IMG/VR virus record: IMGVR_UViG_2882613001_000002
Span: 1 to 64,000 of that record
Direction: 5' to 3' (one strand)
Source: a virus
Lineage: Duplodnaviria; Caudoviricetes
DNA length: 64,000 bases
Under the pieces are notes generated by a model that saw only the letters and a program-made list of their open reading frames with translations, was not told where the DNA came from and made no database searches. The position numbers were made by a program, and so were the translations under genes. The number at the start of each line of letters is the position of its first letter. Positions within the stretch are counted from its first letter, which is position 1. Shown here piece after piece: positions 19,047 through 27,981 of the stretch.

Positions 19047-19255
19047 CAGCGATCCCCGCGCGAAAAGCCTGCCAGCCCGGCCATGGGCAGCGGCCGTGTG
19101 GTGCCCGCAACGGCGCGTTCGATGGTGCGGATGCGCGCGAGAAGGTCCTCGGCCGAGCCGTAATCCACCGATTTGCCGTCATAGCTGACCCGGGTCGTGC
19201 CGCTGGCATAGGCCCGGCGCAGCGCCGAGAGCTCGGTTTCCGTCCAGTCGGTCAT
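19046..19255 (-). CDS. Head-tail adaptor (lambda gpW-like)
   Basis: LRRAYASGTTRVSYDGKSVDYGS; lies between terminase and portal. Confidence 0.8.
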   Translation of the reverse strand: MTDWTETELSALRRAYASGTTRVSYDGKSVDYGSAEDLLARIRTIERAVAGTTRPLPMAGLAGFSRGDR

Positions 19256-19257
19256 GT

Positions 19258-21252
19258 TCAAAACCATCCTTCCCGTCGCCCGAGCCAGTCGGAGCGGCGC
19301 TTGCCCTGCGGGACCTGCCCCGGCCGGTTGATCTGTCCGGCGGGATCGGTGTCACCGTAAGGCGCGGACCCGAGCTGATCCTCGAGATCGCGCCATTTCT
19401 CCTCAGACCAGCGGTCCGCGCCCGCGATCCAGGCGGCGGCGCGGGCATAGACCCGGCAATCCAGCGCCTCGTTCCGCTCGCGGAGCTTCTGCCATTCGAG
19501 CTTGGCGAAGCCACGTTTCGTGCGCACCGTCACCAGCTGCTCGGCCACGAACTGCTTCAGCCATTCGTTCTCGACCCAATGCGGCAGGTGGACCGTTCCC
19601 GGTGAGAACGCCGCACCATTGGCCATGTCCTCCTCGGTCGGCCGTTCGAGCCGCAGGAAGCGATAGGTCTCGGCCTTGAAGGTCGACACCGCCACGGTCC
19701 AGAGGCGCGCACCCCGACGCAGACGTTTGCCGCCCTCGGTCGCATCCACATAAGTGGGCCCCGACACCGGGCTTGCCCGATTGAACCCCTCCACGCCCTT
19801 GACCGGCGACACCTGCGCGAACCCCTGAGCCCGCGACCAGCCATAGACCGCCGGGGCCTCATAGCCCGTGTCGATGGAAAGCCGCGCGATCTTCAGATGC
19901 GCGCCACCTTCATGCGGCCACGTCCGACCGAGCAGGTCTGTCAGGTCGGCCCAGGCCTCATGCCGGTCGGGCCCGCCCTCAATCACGATGTGATCGACCA
20001 GCCAGCTTTCCAGACCTCGGCCCCAGGCCCAGACATCGACCTCGATCCGGTCCTTCTGCACGTCGGCCCCAGCGGTGAGGAACAACCCGCCCGCAGGCAC
20101 CATCCCGGGTGTCCAGCGCTCACGCCGGTCGTAAAGCCGCTGCCAGTCCGGCGCTTCCCCTGTCTCGACCCATGTCTCGCCGAGGATCGTGTTGCGGAAC
20201 GCCTTGATCGCCTCATCGGACCCTTGGGCCGCGTCCCATGCCCGCACGATCCGCTCCCAGCTGAGCCAGCCGATGGGCGAATAGAGCGCCGAGAGGTGGT
20301 AGCCGACGGAATTGGGATCCACTGCCGTCGCGGTCGCCCGCCATTCGCCAGCCTCCAGCATTGCCGTCTTGTGATGTTCCGCGACGGGCGTGTCGCAGCC
20401 CTCGCAGTGATACTCCGCCGTTTCCGGCTGTCCCTTCTGCCAGCGCAGCCGTTCGAATTTCAGCCACTGCATCTCGCCGCAATGCGGACAGGGCACGAAG
20501 AACCGGCGTTGATCGCTGGCCTCATAGTCCCGTTCGATCCGGCTCATCCCCCGAATGGTCGGCGTTGAGACCAGGAACACCTTGCGCCGATGGGCAAAAG
20601 TCAGCGACCGCGCCTCGGCCAGCGTGACAGGATCGCCTTCCTCGTCGGCCGAGGCCGGATAGGCATCGACCTCGTCGAGGAAGATGTAGCGCGCCGGGGT
20701 CGAGCGCAGCCCAACCGCCGAGTTCGCCCCGGTCATGATCAGGATGCCGCCGGCGAATTCCTTCGACAGCATTGTGTTGCCCGCATCCCGCGAGCGCGCC
20801 GGTTTGACCCGCTCCCGCAGCTCCGGGCTTTCGTCGATCAGCGGATCAATCCGCTGCCGCGAGTTCCGTTTCGCCAGTTCCACAGTGGGCTGGACGGCGA
20901 GCATCGGCCCTGGTGCCTGGTGGATCGCGAAGCCGATCCAGTTGTTACCCGCTTCGGTCGCCCCGACCTGAGCGGCCTTCATGAAGACAATCCGCTGTGT
21001 CGGATCGCCGGGCGACAGCCGGTCCATGATCTCGCCCATGTAGGGCGTGCGGGCGGTGCGATACCGCCCCGGCTCGGCCGATGCCCGCCCTGAGAGCATC
21101 CGGTGCCGATCCGCCCATTGCGAAACCGTCAGGTCCGGATCCGGCGTGAGGCCTTCACTCCAGGCACGCAGGATTTCGGCCGCGCCATCGAAGTCGTCCT
21201 CACCGGAGATCGGCTTGGACCTCGGCAAGATCGTCGAGCTGGGCACGGACAT
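19258..21252 (-). CDS. terL: Terminase large subunit, lambda GpA family
   Basis: MKAAQVGAT Walker A, FLDEVD Walker B, VPCPHCG, LTAGADVQ nuclease motif; start approximate. Confidence 0.93.
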   Translation of the reverse strand: MSVPSSTILPRSKPISGEDDFDGAAEILRAWSEGLTPDPDLTVSQWADRHRMLSGRASAEPGRYRTARTPYMGEIMDRLSPGDPTQRIVFMKAAQVGATEAGNNWIGFAIHQAPGPMLAVQPTVELAKRNSRQRIDPLIDESPELRERVKPARSRDAGNTMLSKEFAGGILIMTGANSAVGLRSTPARYIFLDEVDAYPASADEEGDPVTLAEARSLTFAHRRKVFLVSTPTIRGMSRIERDYEASDQRRFFVPCPHCGEMQWLKFERLRWQKGQPETAEYHCEGCDTPVAEHHKTAMLEAGEWRATATAVDPNSVGYHLSALYSPIGWLSWERIVRAWDAAQGSDEAIKAFRNTILGETWVETGEAPDWQRLYDRRERWTPGMVPAGGLFLTAGADVQKDRIEVDVWAWGRGLESWLVDHIVIEGGPDRHEAWADLTDLLGRTWPHEGGAHLKIARLSIDTGYEAPAVYGWSRAQGFAQVSPVKGVEGFNRASPVSGPTYVDATEGGKRLRRGARLWTVAVSTFKAETYRFLRLERPTEEDMANGAAFSPGTVHLPHWVENEWLKQFVAEQLVTVRTKRGFAKLEWQKLRERNEALDCRVYARAAAWIAGADRWSEEKWRDLEDQLGSAPYGDTDPAGQINRPGQVPQGKRRSDWLGRREGWF

Positions 21253-21760
21253 GTTTCTCCAGAACCTTCTGCATCGCGGCGGGCTCGACGCCCAGATCAG
21301 CCGCCATCAAAGCCGCCGCGCGTGCGGGCCAGTTGACCCAGACATCCCGTTCCTGCCGCGCCAACCGAAACACCAGGGACAGCGCGCGGGCGCGGTCGAT
21401 CAACTCGCCTTTCAGTTTTTGCAGCCGCAGGCGGCGTTCCTGCGCCTTCAGAACCTCGTTGGCCGTCTTGGCCTGCAGGAAGGTGGTCCCGTTGCCCATC
21501 GGCGGGGCAGACATTCCCTGTTCGCGCAGCGTTTCGCCGACAGCTGAGACCGCCGCCTCCGGGACGGGTTTGAGCTTCGCGTTAGGCGCTTTGCGGGTTT
21601 TCGACGGGTCGGTTGCCTGCGCTCGCAGCGCATCGCTCGCCTCCGCGTCGATACTGCCATCGGAATGCAGAACCACGCGTCCCGTTGCCTTGGCCTTCTG
21701 GATAGCTCCGCTTGAGAGACCGACGCGGGCGGCGTATTGGCGCTCGCTCAGACCCTCCAT
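21200..21760 (-). CDS. terS: Terminase small subunit (Nu1-like)
   Basis: N-terminal HTH LSERQYAARVGLSSGAIQKA, coiled coil LQKLKGELID. Confidence 0.8.
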   Translation of the reverse strand: MEGLSERQYAARVGLSSGAIQKAKATGRVVLHSDGSIDAEASDALRAQATDPSKTRKAPNAKLKPVPEAAVSAVGETLREQGMSAPPMGNGTTFLQAKTANEVLKAQERRLRLQKLKGELIDRARALSLVFRLARQERDVWVNWPARAAALMAADLGVEPAAMQKVLEKHVRAQLDDLAEVQADLR

Positions 21761-21871
21761 GAAATGCTCCGATTATCATTCAAAATCATGTGCTTATGTA
21801 GTTGATATGCCTCCGCACCAGAGCGAACGTGGTCCTACGAAAACGATGCAACTCACCACGGAGCCGCCACG

Positions 21872-22141
21872 ATGACCCGCCTTAACCCACAGACAACGCC
21901 CCGCCACCAGCTTCGCGCCGAGAAGGCACGCCGCAACAAGGAGGCGGCTTTGAATGCCTTCATCGGCAAGAAGGCCGAGATCGACGAGATGCTCGCCCGG
22001 TTGCAAGGCCTCAGCGATGAACACTTCAACTGCCACCCCGACGAGATCGGCTGGGCCACCGTCGGCAGCCTCGAGCACTACGCCTGCCTCCTGGAGCGCA
22101 TCACGGACAGCGCCTTTGGCGAAGGCGAATACGCGGAGTGA
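21872..22141 (+). CDS. Hypothetical protein
   Basis: ALNAFIGKKAEIDEMLARLQGLSDEHF; first gene of a plus-strand insert. Confidence 0.7.
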   Translation: MTRLNPQTTPRHQLRAEKARRNKEAALNAFIGKKAEIDEMLARLQGLSDEHFNCHPDEIGWATVGSLEHYACLLERITDSAFGEGEYAE

Positions 22142-22335
22142 CCCCGATGAGCAGCACCCTTGCAGAGCGCTATAACCGCGAGGCCACCCGTCTTATGCCG
22201 CACATGGGCAGCGACCTTCAGGTCGACCCGACCATCAACGCCGCGAGCGAGATCGACGAGATCGTGTTTCGCCGCAGCGAATATCTCGGGGGCATGGCGG
22301 CCGTCCTCCTTGCCCTGATCGCGCGCGACAACTGA
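22138..22335 (+). CDS. Hypothetical protein (65 aa)
   Basis: GTGA overlap with upstream stop. Confidence 0.5.
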   Translation: MTPMSSTLAERYNREATRLMPHMGSDLQVDPTINAASEIDEIVFRRSEYLGGMAAVLLALIARDN

Positions 22336-22425
22336 GCCATCGCGCGCCGGTCCCGGCCCGCCCAAGCGGCGGGCTCGCCTCGGTAGAAGCCACGCACTCC
22401 GCGCGGCCCAAACCCGGAGGCAAAC

Positions 22426-22944
22426 ATGACCAAACTTACCGACACCCAAGCCATCATTCTCAGCGCCGCGTCCCAACGCGACGGCCATATCGCCTTGCCG
22501 CTTCCCGACAGCCTGCGCGGCGGGGCCGCCGCCAAGGTGGTCGGCGCTATGCTCGCAAAAGGCCTCATCGAAGAGGTGGAGGCCGATATGTGCAAAGGCG
22601 AAGCCGTCTGGCGCGAGACCGGCGACGGGCATGGCGTCACGCTGGTCGCCACCGACACAGGCCTCGCCGCCATTGGAATTGAGACTGGTGGCGCGGAGGT
22701 CAAACCGACCAAAGACGCAGCCCCCAAGACCCGCACGCCGCGCGGGGGCACCAAGCAGGCCACTCTCATCGCCATGTTGCGCGCGCCAGACGGCGCGACC
22801 ATCGCGGAGATCATGGCCGCGACTGGATGGCAGTCACACACCGTGCGCGGCGCGATGTCCGGCACGCTCAAGAAGAAGCTCGGGCTCGAAGTGACCTCGG
22901 ACAAGGTCGAGGATCGGGGCCGCGTTTACACTATCCGCGACTGA
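22426..22944 (+). CDS. DUF3489-domain protein (wHTH-like)
   Basis: TKQATLIAMLRAPDGATIAEIMAATGWQSHTVRGAMSG; RBS GGAGG upstream. Confidence 0.85.
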   Translation: MTKLTDTQAIILSAASQRDGHIALPLPDSLRGGAAAKVVGAMLAKGLIEEVEADMCKGEAVWRETGDGHGVTLVATDTGLAAIGIETGGAEVKPTKDAAPKTRTPRGGTKQATLIAMLRAPDGATIAEIMAATGWQSHTVRGAMSGTLKKKLGLEVTSDKVEDRGRVYTIRD

Positions 22945-23002
22945 CGCACACGGCCCAACACACTGAGGACCGCCGTCCTTGCTGGGGCGGCGGGCTACTG
23001 CG

Positions 23003-23392
23003 TCATTTGAACAGCGAAATGAGTCCAAGCACGATCCCAATTGCTCCAAGGCCTACCGACCAAACCGCAAGCCAAGCTGGAATGTAGATTCGGGGATCCG
23101 GCGTCCGAAGATACCAGCACACCTTGCCAAACGCCCCGAGCTCTTTGATTTCAAAATTCAGCGGCTCGTTCTTCTTGACTCCAAGTGATTGCCTTGAATC
23201 GAAGGCCATGTAGATAGAGGTGTGATCGTCGTGGCCGAGCAAAACTGCATCGCATGACTTAGATCGGTCGGCAGTGTTTATTATTCGAGCGACGCCGTAT
23301 CGCCCAACCCCACTCCGATACGACTGATGCACGCGGACGATCGAACTGCCCCATTCGCTTCGATCGAGCCCTTTGACTTCTAATTCTGGCAT
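23003..23392 (-). CDS. Moron: membrane-anchored protein with possible double-psi beta-barrel
   Basis: AT-richer; IVRVHQSYRSGVG and IYMAFDSRQSLGVKKNEPLNF resemble the two CDC48/VAT-N half repeats; C-terminal TM. Confidence 0.55.
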   Translation of the reverse strand: MPELEVKGLDRSEWGSSIVRVHQSYRSGVGRYGVARIINTADRSKSCDAVLLGHDDHTSIYMAFDSRQSLGVKKNEPLNFEIKELGAFGKVCWYLRTPDPRIYIPAWLAVWSVGLGAIGIVLGLISLFK

Positions 23393-23466
23393 GTTCTGGT
23401 CCCGGCTGATTTGGGGACATCATACACCTTCAGCGTGACAAGTAGTAAGATCTATGCAAGTCGAAG

Positions 23467-23685
23467 TTACGCTTTCTCGCGCAATCGTTCGAAAATCCGC
23501 CGCAGCGCGAATGAACGCGCGATGCTCACCACCGTGAAGATTGCGCCCATCTTCAGGTTCTGCGCCAATGTCGTATGCAGCCCAAAGATCGGAAAGATCA
23601 GGATCTGCGTGATGACCGCAACGCCGTAGCCGATGACCACGTTGGCGACGGACTCGATCAGCGACATGAGCCGCGATTGCTTCAT
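23467..23685 (-). CDS. Small two-TM membrane protein
   Basis: MKQSRLMSLIESVANVVIGY; ATGA overlap with 23682-24866 stop. Confidence 0.7.
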   Translation of the reverse strand: MKQSRLMSLIESVANVVIGYGVAVITQILIFPIFGLHTTLAQNLKMGAIFTVVSIARSFALRRIFERLREKA

Positions 23686-24866
23686 GTCGCCACCTCATTC
23701 ATCGGCCAGCAATTGAGCCGCGAGAGTTCGGAGCGCATGCGCGGCAACCAGTGGGACCACGCCGTTGCCGCAGAGCCGAAGGCGGTCCACCCGGTGGGCC
23801 AGCCCATCAGCGCCTCGACGAATGCTGGGTTCAGCGTCCGGCGCGGCTCGGAGGTATCGCTCCCAGCCGTCGGCGTCACCAGGACCTGGCGGCCAAGCAG
23901 GCCGTTGACCGGCGTGTTCGCCAATGTCGTCGCCCCGTCCTTGTGATCCCGCGCCGTTGGCGTCATCCACATCTGGCTGGCGCTGGTCAGGTCGGCCGAT
24001 TTGCGATTGCCCGCGCTCGGCTTGTTGCCGTCCGTCGCCATCGGCGTTGGCCAGTCCCGCGCCATGCCATCGAGACCCTTCTCGTGTCTCCGGGCACCGC
24101 CCCGGCTGCGAAAGTTGTCGGTCTGCGGCGTTGGCCACATCGCGGCCGATGTCGCCAGGTTCATCCCGTGTTTGCCCGCCGATTGTGATGGCGTCGGTTT
24201 CGTCTGCCGGTTCTCGTTGGCGCTCGCCCGTGGCGTTGGCCAGAGCCGCAGCATCTCCGTCCGGTTCCCACCGCTCGAGCGGGTCCCGGAGCAAGCGCGC
24301 GGGGTTGGCAAGTTGATCGTGCTCGCGGTGCGCGACGATGAAGAGCCGCTCGCGCTTGTGGGGTGCACCGACTTCCGCCGCCGTGAAGAGGCCTGCCGCA
24401 AGGCGGTAGCCCATGCCGACCAGTCCGCTGGCGACTTCGGGAAATCCGAGGCGGACATGATGGGCGACATTTTCGAGGAAGACGAAGGGTGGCTCGACCT
24501 CTCCGATGATGCGCGCGACATGCGGCCAGAGGTGCCGCGGGTCGTCCGCGCCCCGGCGCTTGCCCGCGACGGAGAACGGCTGGCACGGATATCCCGCAGT
24601 GACGATGTCCACCGCGCCGCGCCACGGGCGGCCGTCAAAGCTGGCAACATCGTCCCAGACAGGTGCCGGATCCAGGGCCGCCTCTTCCATCCGCGCCACG
24701 AGAATGGCCGCGGCGTAGGTTTCCCGTTCGACATGGCCCACAGTTCGATAGCCGGGCATGGCAATGGTGAGCCCGAGGTCGAGCCCGCCTGCGCCGGAGC
24801 AGAGCGAGAGGCCGAACAGGTCTCCGGCTCCGGAACCGTGTCCGGAGGAAGGTAAAGCCAGGTCAT
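23682..24866 (-). CDS. Out-of-frame overlapping protein, putative beta chain of the C5 MTase
   Basis: 394-codon ORF in +1 frame; WPTP-type repeats; C-terminal motif IX-like TLNPAFVEALMGWPTGWT; stop overlaps next gene's ATG. Confidence 0.7.
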   Translation of the reverse strand: MTWLYLPPDTVPEPETCSASRSAPAQAGSTSGSPLPCPAIELWAMSNGKPTPRPFSWRGWKRRPWIRHLSGTMLPALTAARGAARWTSSLRDIRASRSPSRASAGARTTRGTSGRMSRASSERSSHPSSSSKMSPIMSASDFPKSPADWSAWATALRQASSRRRKSVHPTSASGSSSSRTASTINLPTPRACSGTRSSGGNRTEMLRLWPTPRASANENRQTKPTPSQSAGKHGMNLATSAAMWPTPQTDNFRSRGGARRHEKGLDGMARDWPTPMATDGNKPSAGNRKSADLTSASQMWMTPTARDHKDGATTLANTPVNGLLGRQVLVTPTAGSDTSEPRRTLNPAFVEALMGWPTGWTAFGSAATAWSHWLPRMRSELSRLNCWPMNEVAT

Positions 24867-24870
24867 GCAT
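23695..24870 (-). CDS. C5 cytosine DNA methyltransferase, catalytic (alpha-like) chain
   Basis: Motif I SLCSGAGG, IV YPCQPFS, VI ENV, VIII HKRERLF, X LCGNGVVP; no motif IX seen. Confidence 0.9.
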   Translation of the reverse strand: MHDLALPSSGHGSGAGDLFGLSLCSGAGGLDLGLTIAMPGYRTVGHVERETYAAAILVARMEEAALDPAPVWDDVASFDGRPWRGAVDIVTAGYPCQPFSVAGKRRGADDPRHLWPHVARIIGEVEPPFVFLENVAHHVRLGFPEVASGLVGMGYRLAAGLFTAAEVGAPHKRERLFIVAHREHDQLANPARLLRDPLERWEPDGDAAALANATGERQREPADETDAITIGGQTRDEPGDIGRDVANAADRQLSQPGRCPETREGSRWHGAGLANADGDGRQQAERGQSQIGRPDQRQPDVDDANGAGSQGRGDDIGEHAGQRPAWPPGPGDADGWERYLRAAPDAEPSIRRGADGLAHRVDRLRLCGNGVVPLVAAHALRTLAAQLLADE

Positions 24871-24874
24871 CGCC

Positions 24875-26128
24875 TCAGCGTGGGTTGGCCGTCAGATCGG
24901 CGAAGCTCTCACCGGTTTCGTCCAGCACGGCGGTCTGGCCCGTGAACTGCTGCCAGCGTTGCACGGCGACATCGACGTAGGCCGGGTTCAGTTCGACCCC
25001 GAGGCACACACGGCCCGTGGTTTCCGCCGCGATCAGCGTGGTGCCGGACCCCATAAAGGGCTCGTAGACCGCCTGACCGGGGCTTGAATTGTTGAGGATC
25101 GGCCGGCGCATGCATTCGACGGGTTTCTGGGTCCCGTGCACGGTTTCCGCATCCTGATCTTTGTTGGCGATCTGCCAGAGCGTCGTCTGCTTGCGGTCGC
25201 CCGCCCAATGGCCCTTGCCGGTTTTTTTCACGGCATAGAGGCAGGGTTCGTGCTGCCAGTGATAATCGCCGCGGCTCAGCACCAGGCGATCCTTGGCCCA
25301 GATGATTTGCGAGCGGATGTTGAAGCCGGAGGCCTCGAGGCTCTCGGCGACCGTCGTCGCATGCAGCGCGCCGTGCCAGACATAGGCCACATCGCCCGGG
25401 AACAGCGCCCAGGCCTCGCGCCAATCCGCGCGGTCGTCATTCAGCACCCTGCCGGTGCGCTTGGTGGCTGCGGCGCCAGCTTTGTTGCGCCAGCCGGGAT
25501 CGTATTCGACTCCGTAGGGTGGATCGGTCACCATCAGCAGCGGTGTCACATCGCCGAGCAGACGTTCGACGTCCGTGGCCACCGTCGCGTCCCCGCAGAG
25601 CAACCGATGCTTTCCCAGCACCCAGAGATCGCCGGGACGGCTGATCGGGGTCTCGGGTGCCTCCGGAACATCGTCCTCTCTCTCACGGGATGCGGTCTCG
25701 GGATCGACCTCACCGGCCAACAGCGCTTCGAGCTCAGCATCGTCGAAGCCAATGAGCGACAGGTCAAAATCCTCGGCCAGCAGGTCGTTCAGCTCGGCCG
25801 AGAGCAGTGCTTCATCCCAGGTCCCGAGTTCCGTCAGCTTATTGTCCGCGATCCGGTAAGCCCGTCGTTGCGCCTCGGTCAAATGGCCCAGCACGATCAC
25901 GGGGGCCTCGGTCAGCCCCAGCTGCGTCGCGGCCCATACCCGACCGTGGCCCGCGATCAGCTCTCCGTCGTCGGCGACGAGGCAAGGCACCGTCCAGCCG
26001 AACTCCGCCATGCTGGCGGCAATCTTCGCGACCTGATCCGCGCCATGCGCCTTTGCGTTCTTCGCATAGGGCTGGAGCCTGTGCAGCGGCCACATCTCGA
26101 TTGCATCCGGGGCAAAGCTCAGGGTCAT
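24875..26128 (-). CDS. ParB-like N-terminal domain fused to N4/N6 amino-methyltransferase (beta class)
   Basis: LQPYAKNAKAH...IAGHGR ParB/Srx; TDPPYG motif IV; HGTQKP; YEPFMGSGTT motif I. Confidence 0.92.
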   Translation of the reverse strand: MTLSFAPDAIEMWPLHRLQPYAKNAKAHGADQVAKIAASMAEFGWTVPCLVADDGELIAGHGRVWAATQLGLTEAPVIVLGHLTEAQRRAYRIADNKLTELGTWDEALLSAELNDLLAEDFDLSLIGFDDAELEALLAGEVDPETASREREDDVPEAPETPISRPGDLWVLGKHRLLCGDATVATDVERLLGDVTPLLMVTDPPYGVEYDPGWRNKAGAAATKRTGRVLNDDRADWREAWALFPGDVAYVWHGALHATTVAESLEASGFNIRSQIIWAKDRLVLSRGDYHWQHEPCLYAVKKTGKGHWAGDRKQTTLWQIANKDQDAETVHGTQKPVECMRRPILNNSSPGQAVYEPFMGSGTTLIAAETTGRVCLGVELNPAYVDVAVQRWQQFTGQTAVLDETGESFADLTANPR

Positions 26129-26317
26129 GCGGGTCGGTTCGCCTCAATCGGGTGGACTCCGGATACCGGCACCCAGCCTAGACCCCACGAGGGGTCCAGC
26201 GGCCATCGGGCGTATCCGGTGCCAAAGGTTTGTTTTATTGTGGTTTTCAGCAGATCGCAGGTGGATGCCTGCTAGGGGTGGCTTCCCAAAAAACCGGCCC
26301 TGTCGCTAGCGATATTG

Positions 26318-26360
26318 CGCGCTTCGCCCGCCCGTATACGTTTCGGGCCGGGAAGGACCC
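26318..26360 (-). other. Lambda-like cos site (cosQ plus cosN-like)
   Basis: Minus strand GGGTCCT (identical to lambda cosQ) then TCCCGGCCCGAAACGTATAC GGGCGGGCGAAGCGCG; lambda has TTACG GGGCGGCGACCTCGCG. Confidence 0.6.
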
Positions 26361-26524
26361 GCGAAGTCAGCGGGTTAGCGGCTTGGGCCCCAGCTGGCCA
26401 CCTTGGTGGACCCCGGAAGCCAGCTGCGCGGCCGCTGCCTGCGCGCGCCTCTCCCGAGTATATCCAATTTCTAGCCTCTCAGCCGGAAACTGTAACCCTT
26501 TGCGATGTCTCACTGAAAATTCTG

Positions 26525-26971
26525 TCACAGGACGATTTTCCTTGACAGGTTGTTCGCGTTCTCAACCACGAAACGCCGTGACCGCTTCGAAGGCGGCACG
26601 CGCCCATTGAGCCGCCAGGTGATCAGCGCGAGGCCGTATTGCCAATGGCGGTTGGCCGCGGGGCGGCTGATCCCCATCTCCCAGCAGATCGGCTTCCACG
26701 GCGTGCGCTCGGCCCGCAACCAGACGATCCGGGCATCGTCCCGCTCCAGCCAGCGCAGCCAGAGCAATGCCTCCTCGGCCTCGGAGATCTGGCGCGGTCC
26801 CGGCCGGGGCCTGCGCATTTGCGGTTCCTGACCGACCTTGTCCGCGAAGCTGTGAAAATACTCGGGCCAGGCATTGAAGAAGCCCTGCGGCATGACGCCG
26901 GGCAAGGTACGGAAGACATCGGCCGCGCTCTCCAGCCGGTCCTCCACGCGCGCTGTGGTCCACTCAGTCAT
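26525..26971 (-). CDS. DUF6362-like protein, putative late transcription regulator
   Basis: MTEWTTARVEDRLESAADVF; C-terminal HTH-like WKPICWEMGISRPAANRHW; precedes cos. Confidence 0.65.
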   Translation of the reverse strand: MTEWTTARVEDRLESAADVFRTLPGVMPQGFFNAWPEYFHSFADKVGQEPQMRRPRPGPRQISEAEEALLWLRWLERDDARIVWLRAERTPWKPICWEMGISRPAANRHWQYGLALITWRLNGRVPPSKRSRRFVVENANNLSRKIVL

Positions 26972-27167
26972 TGCCTACCTCCGGTTCCCGCTTGCCATAA
27001 AGGCGTTCGCCCAGCTGGCGGACCAACTCGCGCTCTGGCCAGGTGAGGCGATTGTCATCCACGGAGACTGCCAGAACGCCCTGTTCCTTCCAGCCGTCCT
27101 TTTTGACTTGATCGGGGCTGCGGCGAGTGCCCCCGAAGCCGCGAGGGGCGAAGCTCATGCGGTTCAT
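26964..27167 (-). CDS. Hypothetical protein (67 aa)
   Basis: Overlaps both neighbours; LTWPERELVRQLGERLYG. Confidence 0.6.
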   Translation of the reverse strand: MNRMSFAPRGFGGTRRSPDQVKKDGWKEQGVLAVSVDDNRLTWPERELVRQLGERLYGKREPEVGND

Positions 27168-27688
27168 GCCATGCCTCCTTCGGTCTCGATCGCCCAGTGC
27201 AGGATCGCGATGGCGTCGGCCTCGTTGTCATCGGCCGGGCTGAAGCCACGCGCCTCAGCGGCTGCGATCATGGCCGCCTTGTTGGCGTTGCCCTTGCCAG
27301 TGGCGTGGCGCTTGATGGTTCCGACGGGCACGCCTTGGTAAGGCACGCCGCGCATCTCGGCCCATGCGGTCAGCGTGGCCATCAGCCCCCCATAGACATG
27401 CGCCGCATCGGTCCCGGCGTGGCGGCGAACTTCCTCGAACCAGATAGCGGCAATGGGACCAGACAACCGCTGCAACTCGCCCAACCAATTGGTGAAGCGC
27501 AGGTATCGCATCCCACCACCGTCATAGCGCCCGGGTTTGAACGAAGCCGTCCCGCTGGTGATAATGCCGTCCGCGGACCGTAGCGCCCAGCCCGTTGTGG
27601 TCCCAAGATCCAGGGCCAGGATGGTCGCCGACAAAGCTATCGTCTGGTGTTGACACACGGTTTCAATTTGCCTGTTCGACATTGTCAT
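27164..27688 (-). CDS. RuvC-like Holliday junction resolvase
   Basis: ILALDLG, FEEV, IKRHATGKGNANK, DDNEADAIAI; start approximate. Confidence 0.85.
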   Translation of the reverse strand: MTMSNRQIETVCQHQTIALSATILALDLGTTTGWALRSADGIITSGTASFKPGRYDGGGMRYLRFTNWLGELQRLSGPIAAIWFEEVRRHAGTDAAHVYGGLMATLTAWAEMRGVPYQGVPVGTIKRHATGKGNANKAAMIAAAEARGFSPADDNEADAIAILHWAIETEGGMA

Positions 27689-27783
27689 CTCCATTGCTGC
27701 TCGAAAGGTGAAAGGTGCGGGGCAGATCGGCCCGTGCGCGGATACCCCACGACGTATGGGATGGGGCCAAACCTGCTCGTTGC

Positions 27784-27981
27784 CCCCCATACGTAGTATG
27801 GGGGCTTTCCACACTAACTCCTCTTTTGCGGGTAACGTGCTGATAAAGAACGAGAAAATAGGAGTTCGGAGGAGTTGGGGAGGAGTTAGCCCACTAACTC
27901 CTCTTGTGGAGTAAGCCATTGATTTCATTGATACAGGAGTTAGGGAGGACATAGGAGTTAGGCCTCACTCCTAGGAGTTAG
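27784..27981. repeat. Putative phage replication origin: about 8 AGGAGTT(AG) iterons in both orientations, 9-bp inverted repeat and IHF-consensus site
   Basis: Copies at 27814, 27860, 27870, 27881, 27894, 27935, 27953, 27973; CCCCCATAC-GTA-GTATGGGGG 27784-27804; AATCAATGGCTTA on minus strand 27912-27924. Confidence 0.7.

Noticed and set aside
27784-27981. Repeat cluster as a CRISPR array
   Set aside because: Repeats are 7-9 bp, in both orientations and irregularly spaced; the nearby Cas4-like nuclease is a normal phage exonuclease.
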